DNA of 64,000 bases from Bacteroidota bacterium (lineage in GTDB: Bacteria > Bacteroidota > Ignavibacteria > Ignavibacteriales > Ignavibacteriaceae), in contig JAEYUD010000073.1 of NCBI GenBank assembly GCA_023433685.1, positions 2,750-66,749 on the forward strand. Direction: 5' to 3'. This document shows positions 47,322-56,450 of the stretch, piece after piece (positions within the stretch are counted from its first letter, which is position 1; each line of letters begins with the position of its first letter). The translations under genes and the position numbers were made by a program. The notes beneath the pieces were generated by a model. That model was not told the DNA's origin and ran no database searches. It saw nothing but the letters and a program-made list of their open reading frames with translations.

Positions 47322-48698
47322 TTAACCGGTTTGTTTCTTGTGTGAAAAGTAATTTTTAATATAATTGTATCCAATGGCTGAAAATATCAAGTAGTAAGGT
47401 GTGATTGGAAGCTTAAACCTGGCAGAACTTCCCAACACACCGGTTACAAGTGTAAAATAAATGATAAAGGAGAGCGGCATAATTAATCCAGGCCAATTTC
47501 TGCCTTTTAATAACACATATATTCCGGTTATACCCAGTGAGTATTGAAGAAGCAACAGAAAGCCCAATATAACGCCCAACATCAAAATCACTGGCGGCTT
47601 GTTCTGTACAAAGTCTGATGCCATCCCTATATGCGAATTGCCATACTTCTCAGGATTCAAAACAGTATTTTTCTCTGCCCCAAGTATTGTTGCAAGGTTA
47701 TACGTTGAGAGTGACGTGTAAATATTAACACAGCCGGAAAAATGATTTTGCAGGTACTCAAGAGGGTATTGCTTGATAATATCAATTGCAACATCATTTG
47801 CCACTTCTTCGAACTCAAATTGGTTAAGCTGTTTCCCCCCTGTGATCGCGTTCACTTTTTCAACGAGCAGTTTGTTCGCTTCCGGTTGTGAGTAACCCAA
47901 CTGATTCATATATACCGATCCGGCATAGATAAACAGGAGGTTGTAGCCTCCGTTGGCTGTGGGCTTCCACCGCCCTTGCTCAATGTAATTCTTTAATGAA
48001 AGAGGTGTTTGAACAAGAAAAACAACAAGACTAAAGATGAATAATTTTTTGAACCGGTCGAACGCAGAGCCATTTATAACAAATGGAAGTATGACCAATG
48101 GCATCAGAGGAAGATACAGCGCTGCTGACCTTATATAGACCAGGCTTCCCGCAAACAAACCGGAAATGATAAGATCTTGTAGCTTTTTACCATCAATAAA
48201 TCTAATGAAAAAGTAAAGAAACAGCATCATCACGGGTAAAAAGAGATTTTCTGAATAGAGAAATTGCCCGTAGATGATCTGATGAGGATCAAAAGCCAAT
48301 AAAACCGAAGCTACAAGGGCGATCTTGTCACCAAACAGACGTTTGACGGCATGGTAAAATGCAACAATGGTTATCACGCCCGGAAAAGTATTAAACAAGA
48401 TAACCAACCATGGTTTTATCCCAAATAGAGAGTATATAACGGCGATATAGGCGGGCCATCCGGGCATCCAATATGCCTGCTGCCCATAACCGTTTTCCAG
48501 AATTGATACTGCCAGATCATGGTAACTTTTCTGGTCCGAAATCAAAATTGCAGAGCTCTCCACATCCGGATTCCATGGCTGAAGTGAAACAAATGCGGCT
48601 AAGCGAATTAATATCACGCATAAAATCAGTAATAAAACCGGATTCTGTTTGAGGCGGTGAAACCGTGTACCAGGGAGAGGAGAAATATTATCTGCCAA
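47322..48698 (-). CDS. GT-C fold glycosyltransferase, GT39/ArnT (PMT_2)-like (tandem paralogue)
   Basis: 458 aa with the same architecture: first-loop ISDQKSYHDLA, then MPGWPAYIAVIY. The C-terminal RFKLP(I/L)xPYYL(I/L)FSA block is shared with 45962..47308. Confidence 0.6.
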   Translation of the reverse strand: MADNISPLPGTRFHRLKQNPVLLLILCVILIRLAAFVSLQPWNPDVESSAILISDQKSYHDLAVSILENGYGQQAYWMPGWPAYIAVIYSLFGIKPWLVILFNTFPGVITIVAFYHAVKRLFGDKIALVASVLLAFDPHQIIYGQFLYSENLFLPVMMLFLYFFIRFIDGKKLQDLIISGLFAGSLVYIRSAALYLPLMPLVILPFVINGSAFDRFKKLFIFSLVVFLVQTPLSLKNYIEQGRWKPTANGGYNLLFIYAGSVYMNQLGYSQPEANKLLVEKVNAITGGKQLNQFEFEEVANDVAIDIIKQYPLEYLQNHFSGCVNIYTSLSTYNLATILGAEKNTVLNPEKYGNSHIGMASDFVQNKPPVILMLGVILGFLLLLQYSLGITGIYVLLKGRNWPGLIMPLSFIIYFTLVTGVLGSSARFKLPITPYYLIFSAIGYNYIKNYFSHKKQTG

Positions 48699-48846
48699 TT
48701 GATCGTAAACTTAAAAGATTATTTTTGAAATACAAATTCGCAAAATTTGGGGGAAATTCAAAAATTTGATCTGCCTGTTTTTTATAATGTGACCTGCGTC
48801 GCCGGCATAATGCTGTGTGACATTGTCAAAATTTCAAGAGTTTACG

Positions 48847-49785
48847 ATGATAAACCTGCTTTCGGAACTTTTCAACATTAAATACCCCATAGTCTCCGGC
48901 GGGATGGTTTGGGTCTCCGGATGGAGACTTGCCTCCGCGGTATCTGAGTGCGGTGGGCTCGGTCTCATAGGTGCCGGCTCAATGAAGCCCGAGCTGCTTC
49001 GCGAGCATATCAGAAAGTGCCGGGCTGCCACATCAAAGCCGTTTGGCGTGAACCTTCCGCAACTCAGGGAGGATGCACCTTCGCTGATAGATGTGATGCT
49101 CGAGGAAAATATCGATATTGTTTTCACATCCGCCGGGCATCCCGGGAAGTACATCGACAGGATCAAGTCAAAAGGTGCCAAAGTTGTTCATGTGGTCGCG
49201 AATACCAAACAAGGACTCAAAGCCCAGGAGGTTGGCTGTGATGCGGTAGTTGGAGAAGGTGTCGAGGCGGGCGGACACAATGGAGCGGATGAGATCACCA
49301 CGCTTTGTCTTATTCCTCAATTAGTTGACGCACTGGAAATCCCCGTGATCGCGGCAGGTGGAATCGCCGATGGCCGACAGATAGCCGCGTGCATTGCATT
49401 GGGTGCCTCTGGGGTTCAGATCGGTACCCTTTTCGCTTCATCTGTTGAGTCCTCCGCGAATGAATTTTACAAGAAAATGGTTGTTGAGGCCCCGGACAAC
49501 GGAACGGTTCTCGGCTTAAAGAAAGTCGGAATGGCCCGCATGCTCAAAAATCCATTCACGCAACGGGTTCTTGAAGCAGAAGCCCGTGGTGCCACGAAAG
49601 AGGAAATGGATGAGATCCATGGCCGCAAGAGGGAAATGCTTGGCATCTTCGAAGGCAACTTCGAAGAAGGCATGCTCGAAGCCGGGCAGTCTTCAGGCCT
49701 GGTGAAGGAGATAGTACCGGTGGAAATAATCTTTAAAACGCTACTGAATCAGTACGCAAGCGCAGTTAACACATTACACCAATAA
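48847..49785 (+). CDS. nitronate monooxygenase family protein / FabK-like enoyl-ACP reductase II
   Basis: The track ORF begins at GTG 48817; ATG 48847 gives the typical N-terminus MINLLSELFNIKYPIVSGGMVWVS. It also has an FMN-binding TIM-barrel block (VIAAGGIADGRQIAACIALGASGVQIGT). Confidence 0.75.
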   Translation: MINLLSELFNIKYPIVSGGMVWVSGWRLASAVSECGGLGLIGAGSMKPELLREHIRKCRAATSKPFGVNLPQLREDAPSLIDVMLEENIDIVFTSAGHPGKYIDRIKSKGAKVVHVVANTKQGLKAQEVGCDAVVGEGVEAGGHNGADEITTLCLIPQLVDALEIPVIAAGGIADGRQIAACIALGASGVQIGTLFASSVESSANEFYKKMVVEAPDNGTVLGLKKVGMARMLKNPFTQRVLEAEARGATKEEMDEIHGRKREMLGIFEGNFEEGMLEAGQSSGLVKEIVPVEIIFKTLLNQYASAVNTLHQ

Positions 49786-49807
49786 CCCTCTTAAAATTCT
49801 TTAAACC

Positions 49808-49839
49808 AAAAAAGGAGGACTGTGAAATCCTCCTTTTTT
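49808..49839. terminator. bidirectional rho-independent terminator between convergent genes
   Basis: AAAAAAGGAGGA (49808-19), loop CTGTGAAA, then TCCTCCTTTTTT (49828-39). It sits between the + strand stop at 49785 and the - strand stop at 49859. Confidence 0.7.
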
Positions 49840-49858
49840 CAAAAAACAATTCTACCCC

Positions 49859-51964
49859 CTACTCCAACCCTCTGGATTTTAACAGCGCGTCAACCTTTGG
49901 TTCACGGCCGCGGAAGAGTTTGTAGTTTTCCATCAGATCTACACTTCCGAGGGGTTCGAGGATGTATTTTCTGTAGGCGGAGGCCGTTTTCTGATCAAAC
50001 AAACCGTGTTCCATGAAGGCTTCGAAGGCATCCGCGTCGAGAACTGCTGCCCAAAGGTAGCTGTAGTAGCCGGCTTCATATCCCCATGTGGCGATGTGAA
50101 GGAAGTTGGTGCTCATGTACCTCGGTAGAAATTCGGGGATTATCCCCATGTGCTTCAGCGAGTTTGCCTCAAATTTTGGAACATCCTGCTCCGCGGGATC
50201 GGAGAGTGTATGCCAGTCCATGTCAAGTATCGAAGCGGCAATGTACTCACCCGTCTCAAATCCCTGGTTGAACTTGCCCGAACGGTTTAGCTTCTCAATC
50301 AGCGAATCAGGTATCACCTGCCCGGTCTGAAAGTGTTTCGCGTACATCCTCAACACTTCAGGCTGAAGCGCCCACTTCTCCATGATCTGCGATGGCATTT
50401 CAACAAAATCAGACGGTACAGAGGATGAACCGGGATAAACAACTTTGGGTAAAAGGAAGTGCAGCGCGTGTCCAAACTCGTGGAAGAGGGTAAGGGTTTC
50501 ATCCAGACTTATCAGCGCCGGCTTGTCAGCCGTCGGTTTTGAAAAATTACCCACATTAACCACTATTGGCGTAATAAAATCGCCATTAATATTCGACTGA
50601 AGTCTGAAATTCTCACACCATGCACCATTGTTCTTGCTGTCACGCGGGTAATAATCGGTGTAAAGAATCCCCACGTGCTTCCCGTCAGCCTCCCTGACTT
50701 CAAATGCCTTCACATCAGGATGGTAAACTTCGATATCCGGTCTGGGCACAAACTGAAGCCCGAACAGCTTTGTGGCGACCTGAAACACACCGTTAACAAC
50801 ATTTTCCAGCTTGAACCAGGGTCTCAGAACAGACTCGTCGAGGTCATATTTCGCTTTTTTCACTTTCGCGGCGTAAAACCACCAGTCCCAAGGCTCGATC
50901 TTGATTTTATTGCCTTCTTTATCCGCTATGGCCTGCATATCGGCAACCTCTTCCTGAGCTTTCTTAAGAGTTGGTTTCCAGACATCATACAGAAATTTAT
51001 ATGCTTTTTCTGGGGTTTTCGCCATCTTTTTCTCGAGAACAAAATCAGCATAGGTTTTATAACCGAGCAACTGAGCCTTCTGAACCCTGAGCGAAACTAT
51101 CTTCGCGAGCACCTTCTTGTTGTCAAGCTCATCATTGTTGTTGCCGCGGTTCATATATGCTTTATACATCTTTTCGCGGAGAGCACGGTTCTGTGAGAGC
51201 TCCAGGAAAGGCAGAAGTGTCGGCTTGTCGATCGTAAACAGCCACTTCCCATTCAGTCCTGCTTCTTCAGCTTTCGCGGCGGCAGCGGATATCATATCTT
51301 GCGTCAACCCGGCGAGATCAGCCTTGTTTTCCACAACAAGTTTGAACTTCGAATTCTCTTTCCTCACATTGTCGCCGAAGAGAACGTTCAACTTGGAGAG
51401 CTCCTCATTTATAGCACGGAGTTTCTCCTTCTCTTTTTCGTTCAGGTTGGCGCCACCTCTAACGAAATCGAGGTAGTAATTGGTCAAAAGTATCTGCTGT
51501 TCGGTGGTCAGATTTTCTTTGGCTCTGTTGTCATAGACGGTTTTAATTCTCTTGAACAGGCCTTCATTCAGGTAGATATCGTCCCTGTGGCGGGCGTTCA
51601 TCAAAGCCACTTTTTCAGATACCGCCTGCATTTCATCATTGGTAATCGTCTGCACTAAGTTCATGAACACCCGGTCAACCTTCGTTAGAAGCGAGCCTGT
51701 AAGCTCCAGTGCTTCGATCGTGTTCTTAAAGTTCGGCACTTCACGACCGGCTACAATTCTCTCGATCTCGGCCTTCTGTTCTTTTATCCCCTCTTCGTAA
51801 GCCGGGAGGAAGTGTTCCAGTTTAATGAGGCTGAAAGGAGGTGTCCCAAACGGGGTTTTCCACTCTATGAAGAATGGATTTGATGAGTTTGCGGTTTTGT
51901 TTTGTGCAATATCTGTCTGTGACATCAGGGCAAATACCAGTATGATTAATGATAATTTTTTCAT
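49859..51964 (-). CDS. dcp: M3-family zinc metallopeptidase (peptidyl-dipeptidase Dcp-like), secreted
   Basis: The track ORF starts at GTG 51976; ATG 51964 gives the signal peptide MKKLSLIILVFALMSQ. It has the HEXXH site (FHEFGHALH) and length and blocks typical of the M3A Dcp/oligopeptidase A family. Confidence 0.75.
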   Translation of the reverse strand: MKKLSLIILVFALMSQTDIAQNKTANSSNPFFIEWKTPFGTPPFSLIKLEHFLPAYEEGIKEQKAEIERIVAGREVPNFKNTIEALELTGSLLTKVDRVFMNLVQTITNDEMQAVSEKVALMNARHRDDIYLNEGLFKRIKTVYDNRAKENLTTEQQILLTNYYLDFVRGGANLNEKEKEKLRAINEELSKLNVLFGDNVRKENSKFKLVVENKADLAGLTQDMISAAAAKAEEAGLNGKWLFTIDKPTLLPFLELSQNRALREKMYKAYMNRGNNNDELDNKKVLAKIVSLRVQKAQLLGYKTYADFVLEKKMAKTPEKAYKFLYDVWKPTLKKAQEEVADMQAIADKEGNKIKIEPWDWWFYAAKVKKAKYDLDESVLRPWFKLENVVNGVFQVATKLFGLQFVPRPDIEVYHPDVKAFEVREADGKHVGILYTDYYPRDSKNNGAWCENFRLQSNINGDFITPIVVNVGNFSKPTADKPALISLDETLTLFHEFGHALHFLLPKVVYPGSSSVPSDFVEMPSQIMEKWALQPEVLRMYAKHFQTGQVIPDSLIEKLNRSGKFNQGFETGEYIAASILDMDWHTLSDPAEQDVPKFEANSLKHMGIIPEFLPRYMSTNFLHIATWGYEAGYYSYLWAAVLDADAFEAFMEHGLFDQKTASAYRKYILEPLGSVDLMENYKLFRGREPKVDALLKSRGLE

Positions 51965-52129
51965 TGTGCGGTCCACTCAAAACGATTGGCTGAAAAGTAA
52001 TTCCTTGAAACGAAATATACCCAAATTGAGTGAAGTGTTCTCTCACCAAACCGATACAGAGGATGGGTAGTATACAAATATTCCAATATTATTCATAAAT
52101 TGCATCATTCTAAAATATCGAATTTTAAT

Positions 52130-54940
52130 ATGAATGAAGCCAAGACCCGTCAGGAGATTATTGACCTGCGGCTTGCCAAAGCAGGCTGGGATGTAAAGAA
52201 CCCTTCTCAGGTTAAATCCGAGATGGGTATAAAGTATGAAAAGTTCGATTCCGTTTCTGAACCGGAGCATACATATGATGGGCAACAATATGCCGATTAT
52301 GCCCTCCTCGGTGATGATGGGTATCCTCTGGCGGTGGTAGAAGCCAAGAAATCCTCCCGTGACGCAAGAATTGGCCAGGAACAGGCAAAACAATACGCGA
52401 AAAACATACAGGCTCAATTAAATTGCAAACTCCCGTTCGTTTTCTACACCAACGGTCATGATATCTATTTCTGGGATACAGAAAAATACCCCCCTCGCAA
52501 AGTTTATGGATTCCCTACAAAAAAAGACCTTGAAAGGTTAATGTTCCTGCGCGAACACGAAAAACCTCTCTCCAAAGAACTTATCAACAGTGACATTAGT
52601 GGCAGACCATATCAAATTGAGGCGATCCGCTCCGTTTTTGAAGGTATCGACCATGCGAAAAGGAAATTCCTTCTGGTTATGGCAACTGGTACCGGAAAAA
52701 CCCGCACCTGCGTCTCGATGATCGATGTGCTGATGAGAACAAACCGGGTTCAGAGGGTTTTGTTCCTCGTTGATAGAATCGCCCTGCGAAATCAGGCTCT
52801 TGATGCCTTCAAGGAGTATTTGCCAAGCGCGCCTCTTTGGCCCCAACGCGACGAAACCAAATTTGCCACGAACCGCCGGGTTTATGTTACAACATACCAG
52901 ACAATGCTGAATATTATTGAAGATGAAGAGCTGAGGTTAAGCCCCCACTTTTTTGATCTGGTGGTCGCAGACGAAAGTCACAGGTCGATCTACAATGTTT
53001 ACAAAAACATATTCGACTATTTTGACGCGCTTCAGGTTGGTTTAACAGCCACCCCCAAGGATGCCCTCGAACGGAATACATTTAAGTTGTTCGAGTGCGA
53101 AGACGGACTCCCGACCTTCGCGTATTCGTATGAAGAGGCGTTAAAAAACAATCCTCCCTATCTCTGCGATTTTGAGGTCCTGAAAATCAGAACAAAGTTT
53201 TTAGAGCTGGGGATAAATAAAGGGACACTTTCGGGTGAGGATCTAAAACGGTTAGCTACAGAAGGGAAAAACCCTGATGAAATAAATTACGCGAACACCG
53301 ATATTGAGAAGAATGTCACAAATCTTGACACCAACACCCTGATCGTCAGGGAGTTTATGCAAGAGTGCATAAAGGATGAAGTTGGAAATCTCCCCGGGAA
53401 AACGATATTTTTTGCAATGACCATTGCTCATGCCCAAAGACTTAAGGAAGTTTTTGACAAACTGTTCCCTCAACATAAAGGTGAAATCGCGAAAGTAATT
53501 GTATCCGAAGACCCCAAGGCTTACGGCAAAGGTGGGTTGCTCGATCAGTTTGTGAATAAAAACTTCCCCCGCATCGCTATCAGTGTAGATATGCTCGATA
53601 CAGGTCTTGATGTCAGGGAGTTGGTTAATCTTGTATTTGCCAAACCTGTCTTTTCTTATACAAAATTTTGGCAGATGATCGGACGGGGAACCCGCTTGCT
53701 TGAACCAAAAAAAATTAAACCCTGGTGCAAAACAAAAGAGAAGTTTTTGATCATCGACTGCTGGGGGAACTTTGACTATTTTAAGATGCAGCCAGGAGGG
53801 AAAACCGAGAATCAATCCGTCCCTTTGCCCGTCAGATTGTTCTTAACCCGTTTGCAAAAATTATTATTGGCGCGGTCATTAAAAAAGACCCTCATCGTCG
53901 AAGATTGCATAACAAAGTTAAAAGCTGAAATCGCCTTACTGCCTCAAAATAATGTGGTTATCCTCGAAGCAAAATCCAAACTTGACAAGATCGACGATAA
54001 TTACTGGTCGGATCTGACGAAAGATAAAACGGAGTTCCTTCAGAAAGAAATAGCCCCTCTTATGCGTACCCGTTCGGGTGAAGATTATGATGCCATGTAT
54101 TTTGAATTGAAGGTACTGAAATATTCGATCGTCAAAATTGATGAATTGCAGGATAAAAAATTAAGGGAAGTGTTGCTTTCCGGGGCGGAAGAAGCAATAA
54201 TCGAAATGGTCGCCGATCTTCCATTGAATGTAAATGTGGTCGCCAAACAGAAGGATTTGATCAATTCTGTAATGACGGGTAATTATCTGCAAAAAGCAGG
54301 GGAGCCGGAACTAAATATCCTGATCGATAAATTGGGTCCTCTGATGAAATTTCGAGACCCTCTAAAACAAAATCAAATTTCTCTCGATCTGCAGGATGTC
54401 ATACATGAAAAAGGCTACATTAAATTTGGTCCCGAACACGAAAGAATCACAGTTCAAAAATATCGTGAACGGGTTGAGGCTCTTATTAAAAACCTTGAAC
54501 AGAAAAATGTCGTACTTCGCAAAATCAAGGCGGGTGAAAGCATAACCGAAGAAGAGATTAATCAACTCGCGGCTACACTTCAAGCAAATGACCCGTATCC
54601 CACGGAGGAAAATTTACAAAAGGCTTACGAAGCAAGAAAAGTCAAGTTTCTCGACCTGATCAAATATATCTTGGGGGTTAGTGGATTGGTAACATTCCCG
54701 GAAAAGGTTACGACCGCGTTTGACGGGTTCATTGCCGAACACAATAATTTGACTACGAAACAGCTCCAATTTATTCAGACTCTTCAATCATTTATTATTG
54801 AAAATGGGGAGTTGTCTAAAAAGGATCTGGTCTCGGAGCCATTCACAAAATTCCACAACAACGGCTTCCTGGGGCTGTTTGACCATCAATTACAACAAGA
54901 AATATTACAATTAACCGACAGAATTTTAAACTATGCTTAA
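52130..54940 (+). CDS. hsdR: Type I restriction enzyme R subunit
   Basis: The track ORF starts at TTG 52100; ATG 52130 gives the typical MNEAKTRQEIIDLRLAKAGW. It has a PD-(D/E)XK nuclease motif (ADYALL...LAVVEAKKS), SF2 motor motifs (VMATGTGKTRT, VVADESHRS, GLTATP) and a C-terminal EcoEI_R_C-like helical domain. Confidence 0.85.
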   Translation: MNEAKTRQEIIDLRLAKAGWDVKNPSQVKSEMGIKYEKFDSVSEPEHTYDGQQYADYALLGDDGYPLAVVEAKKSSRDARIGQEQAKQYAKNIQAQLNCKLPFVFYTNGHDIYFWDTEKYPPRKVYGFPTKKDLERLMFLREHEKPLSKELINSDISGRPYQIEAIRSVFEGIDHAKRKFLLVMATGTGKTRTCVSMIDVLMRTNRVQRVLFLVDRIALRNQALDAFKEYLPSAPLWPQRDETKFATNRRVYVTTYQTMLNIIEDEELRLSPHFFDLVVADESHRSIYNVYKNIFDYFDALQVGLTATPKDALERNTFKLFECEDGLPTFAYSYEEALKNNPPYLCDFEVLKIRTKFLELGINKGTLSGEDLKRLATEGKNPDEINYANTDIEKNVTNLDTNTLIVREFMQECIKDEVGNLPGKTIFFAMTIAHAQRLKEVFDKLFPQHKGEIAKVIVSEDPKAYGKGGLLDQFVNKNFPRIAISVDMLDTGLDVRELVNLVFAKPVFSYTKFWQMIGRGTRLLEPKKIKPWCKTKEKFLIIDCWGNFDYFKMQPGGKTENQSVPLPVRLFLTRLQKLLLARSLKKTLIVEDCITKLKAEIALLPQNNVVILEAKSKLDKIDDNYWSDLTKDKTEFLQKEIAPLMRTRSGEDYDAMYFELKVLKYSIVKIDELQDKKLREVLLSGAEEAIIEMVADLPLNVNVVAKQKDLINSVMTGNYLQKAGEPELNILIDKLGPLMKFRDPLKQNQISLDLQDVIHEKGYIKFGPEHERITVQKYRERVEALIKNLEQKNVVLRKIKAGESITEEEINQLAATLQANDPYPTEENLQKAYEARKVKFLDLIKYILGVSGLVTFPEKVTTAFDGFIAEHNNLTTKQLQFIQTLQSFIIENGELSKKDLVSEPFTKFHNNGFLGLFDHQLQQEILQLTDRILNYA

Positions 54941-56450
54941 CCAGACTCTAAAATCTTCTATCAATAATTTATGGGATAAATTCTGGAGCGGGGGAATTGC
55001 AAATCCTCTCACTGCAATTGAACAAATTTCGTATCTGCTGTTTATGAAACGCTTAGACGAGCTTGATATTAAAAAGAAACAGGATTCAGATTTTACGGGA
55101 GAATCTTATCAATCTCTTTTTGAAGGAGAAAAAGAGGTCCTGAGGTGGAGCCATTTTAGACATATGGAGGGGGGAGAAATGCGAGACCATATTCAGAATA
55201 GTGTCTTTCCCTTCCTTAAAAAATTAGGAAAAGATGATTCTCCTTTTGCAAAACACATGACCAATGCTGTTTTTATCATATCGAAGCCCTCTCTCCTGGT
55301 TGAAGCTGTATCAATTATCGATGAAATTTTTGAAGAGATTTTAAAACAACAGTTGGAAGGGCAGGGTTTTCAGGATACTCAGGGCGACCTCTACGAGTTT
55401 TTACTCTCCGAGATCACTACCGCGGGTAAGCTTGGTCAGTTCAGAACCCCAAGACATATAATTCAACTTATGTGTGAGCTGGTAAACCCAAAGTTGGGCG
55501 ATACCATATGTGACCCCGCGGCAGGAACAGCCGGCTTTTTATTGGGTGCATATCAACATATCATCACACAATTTACGAGTGAGCAAAATCGACAGGTTGA
55601 CGAAAACGGATTGGCGCGCGGTCTGCTTGGCGACAAACTCACGGATGAAAGACAGTGGAATCATCTAAAGGAGAAGACTTTTTACGGTTATGATACCGAT
55701 GAAAGCATGGTTCGCATTGCACTGATGAATCTGATGATGCATGGCATCTCAAACCCAAATATTGAACAGAAGGACACACTCTCCAAATACTATAATGAGG
55801 ACGGGATCTACGATGTGATCATGGCAAATCCCCCGTTCAAGGGGAGCATCGACAAGGGGGATATCAACGAGTCTCTATCGCTGCAAACCACAAAAACCGA
55901 ATTGTTGTTTTTGGACCGGATCATCCATTCCTTAAAAATTGGCGGAAGGGCAGGGGTTATTGTCCCTGACGGAGTTTTATTCGGTTCGAGCAACGCCCAT
56001 AAACAGGCGAGAAAAATGCTCCTTGATGATTGTGAACTTCAGGGGATCATTTCGATGCCGAGTGGAATATTCAAACCTTATGCCGGGGTTAGTACCGCCA
56101 TTCTGGTTTTTGTTAAAGGAGGTGTAACCGAAAAAGTCTGGTTTTATGATATGCAGGCCGATGGCTACAGCCTCGACGACAAGCGGAATAAAATCGATGC
56201 CAACGATCTGAGCGACATCGTTGCCAAATGGAACAAAAGAACTGAACAGACCGAAAATGACAGAGGCAGCAAATTCTTCTTCGTTGAAAAATCAGAAATT
56301 GAAAATAACGACCTCGATTTAAGTATCAACCGGTACAAAGTTACAGAATATAAAGAGGTTGTTTATGAAGACCCGGCGGTGATTTTGGCTAAAATTGAGG
56401 CTCTTGAGAATGAGATCGTTCTGGGGATCAATGAGTTGAAGGGGTTATGA
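54933..56450 (+). CDS. hsdM: Type I restriction-modification N6-adenine DNA methyltransferase subunit
   Basis: 505 aa with an HsdM_N-type N-terminus (LWDKFWSGGIANPLTAIEQISYLLFMKRLDE), the SAM motif DPAAGTAGFL and the catalytic NPPF (IMANPPFKGS). It overlaps hsdR by 8 nt. Confidence 0.9.
   Translation: MLNQTLKSSINNLWDKFWSGGIANPLTAIEQISYLLFMKRLDELDIKKKQDSDFTGESYQSLFEGEKEVLRWSHFRHMEGGEMRDHIQNSVFPFLKKLGKDDSPFAKHMTNAVFIISKPSLLVEAVSIIDEIFEEILKQQLEGQGFQDTQGDLYEFLLSEITTAGKLGQFRTPRHIIQLMCELVNPKLGDTICDPAAGTAGFLLGAYQHIITQFTSEQNRQVDENGLARGLLGDKLTDERQWNHLKEKTFYGYDTDESMVRIALMNLMMHGISNPNIEQKDTLSKYYNEDGIYDVIMANPPFKGSIDKGDINESLSLQTTKTELLFLDRIIHSLKIGGRAGVIVPDGVLFGSSNAHKQARKMLLDDCELQGIISMPSGIFKPYAGVSTAILVFVKGGVTEKVWFYDMQADGYSLDDKRNKIDANDLSDIVAKWNKRTEQTENDRGSKFFFVEKSEIENNDLDLSINRYKVTEYKEVVYEDPAVILAKIEALENEIVLGINELKGL

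Noticed and set aside
52100-52129. TTG start giving MHHSKISNFN... ahead of hsdR. Similar upstream alternative starts exist at 48817 (GTG), 51976 (GTG) and 40359 (TTG).
   Set aside because: The downstream ATGs give N-termini typical for each family (MNEAKTRQEIID; MINLLSELFNIKYPIV; signal peptide MKKLSLIILVF; MELNRYL). The extensions add non-conserved residues.
51977-52129. Left boundary of the defence island, inspected for tRNA/tmRNA att sites, an integrase or direct repeats.
   Set aside because: Nothing of the kind is visible. It is only a 150-nt AT-rich divergent promoter region, so no mobile element can be called.
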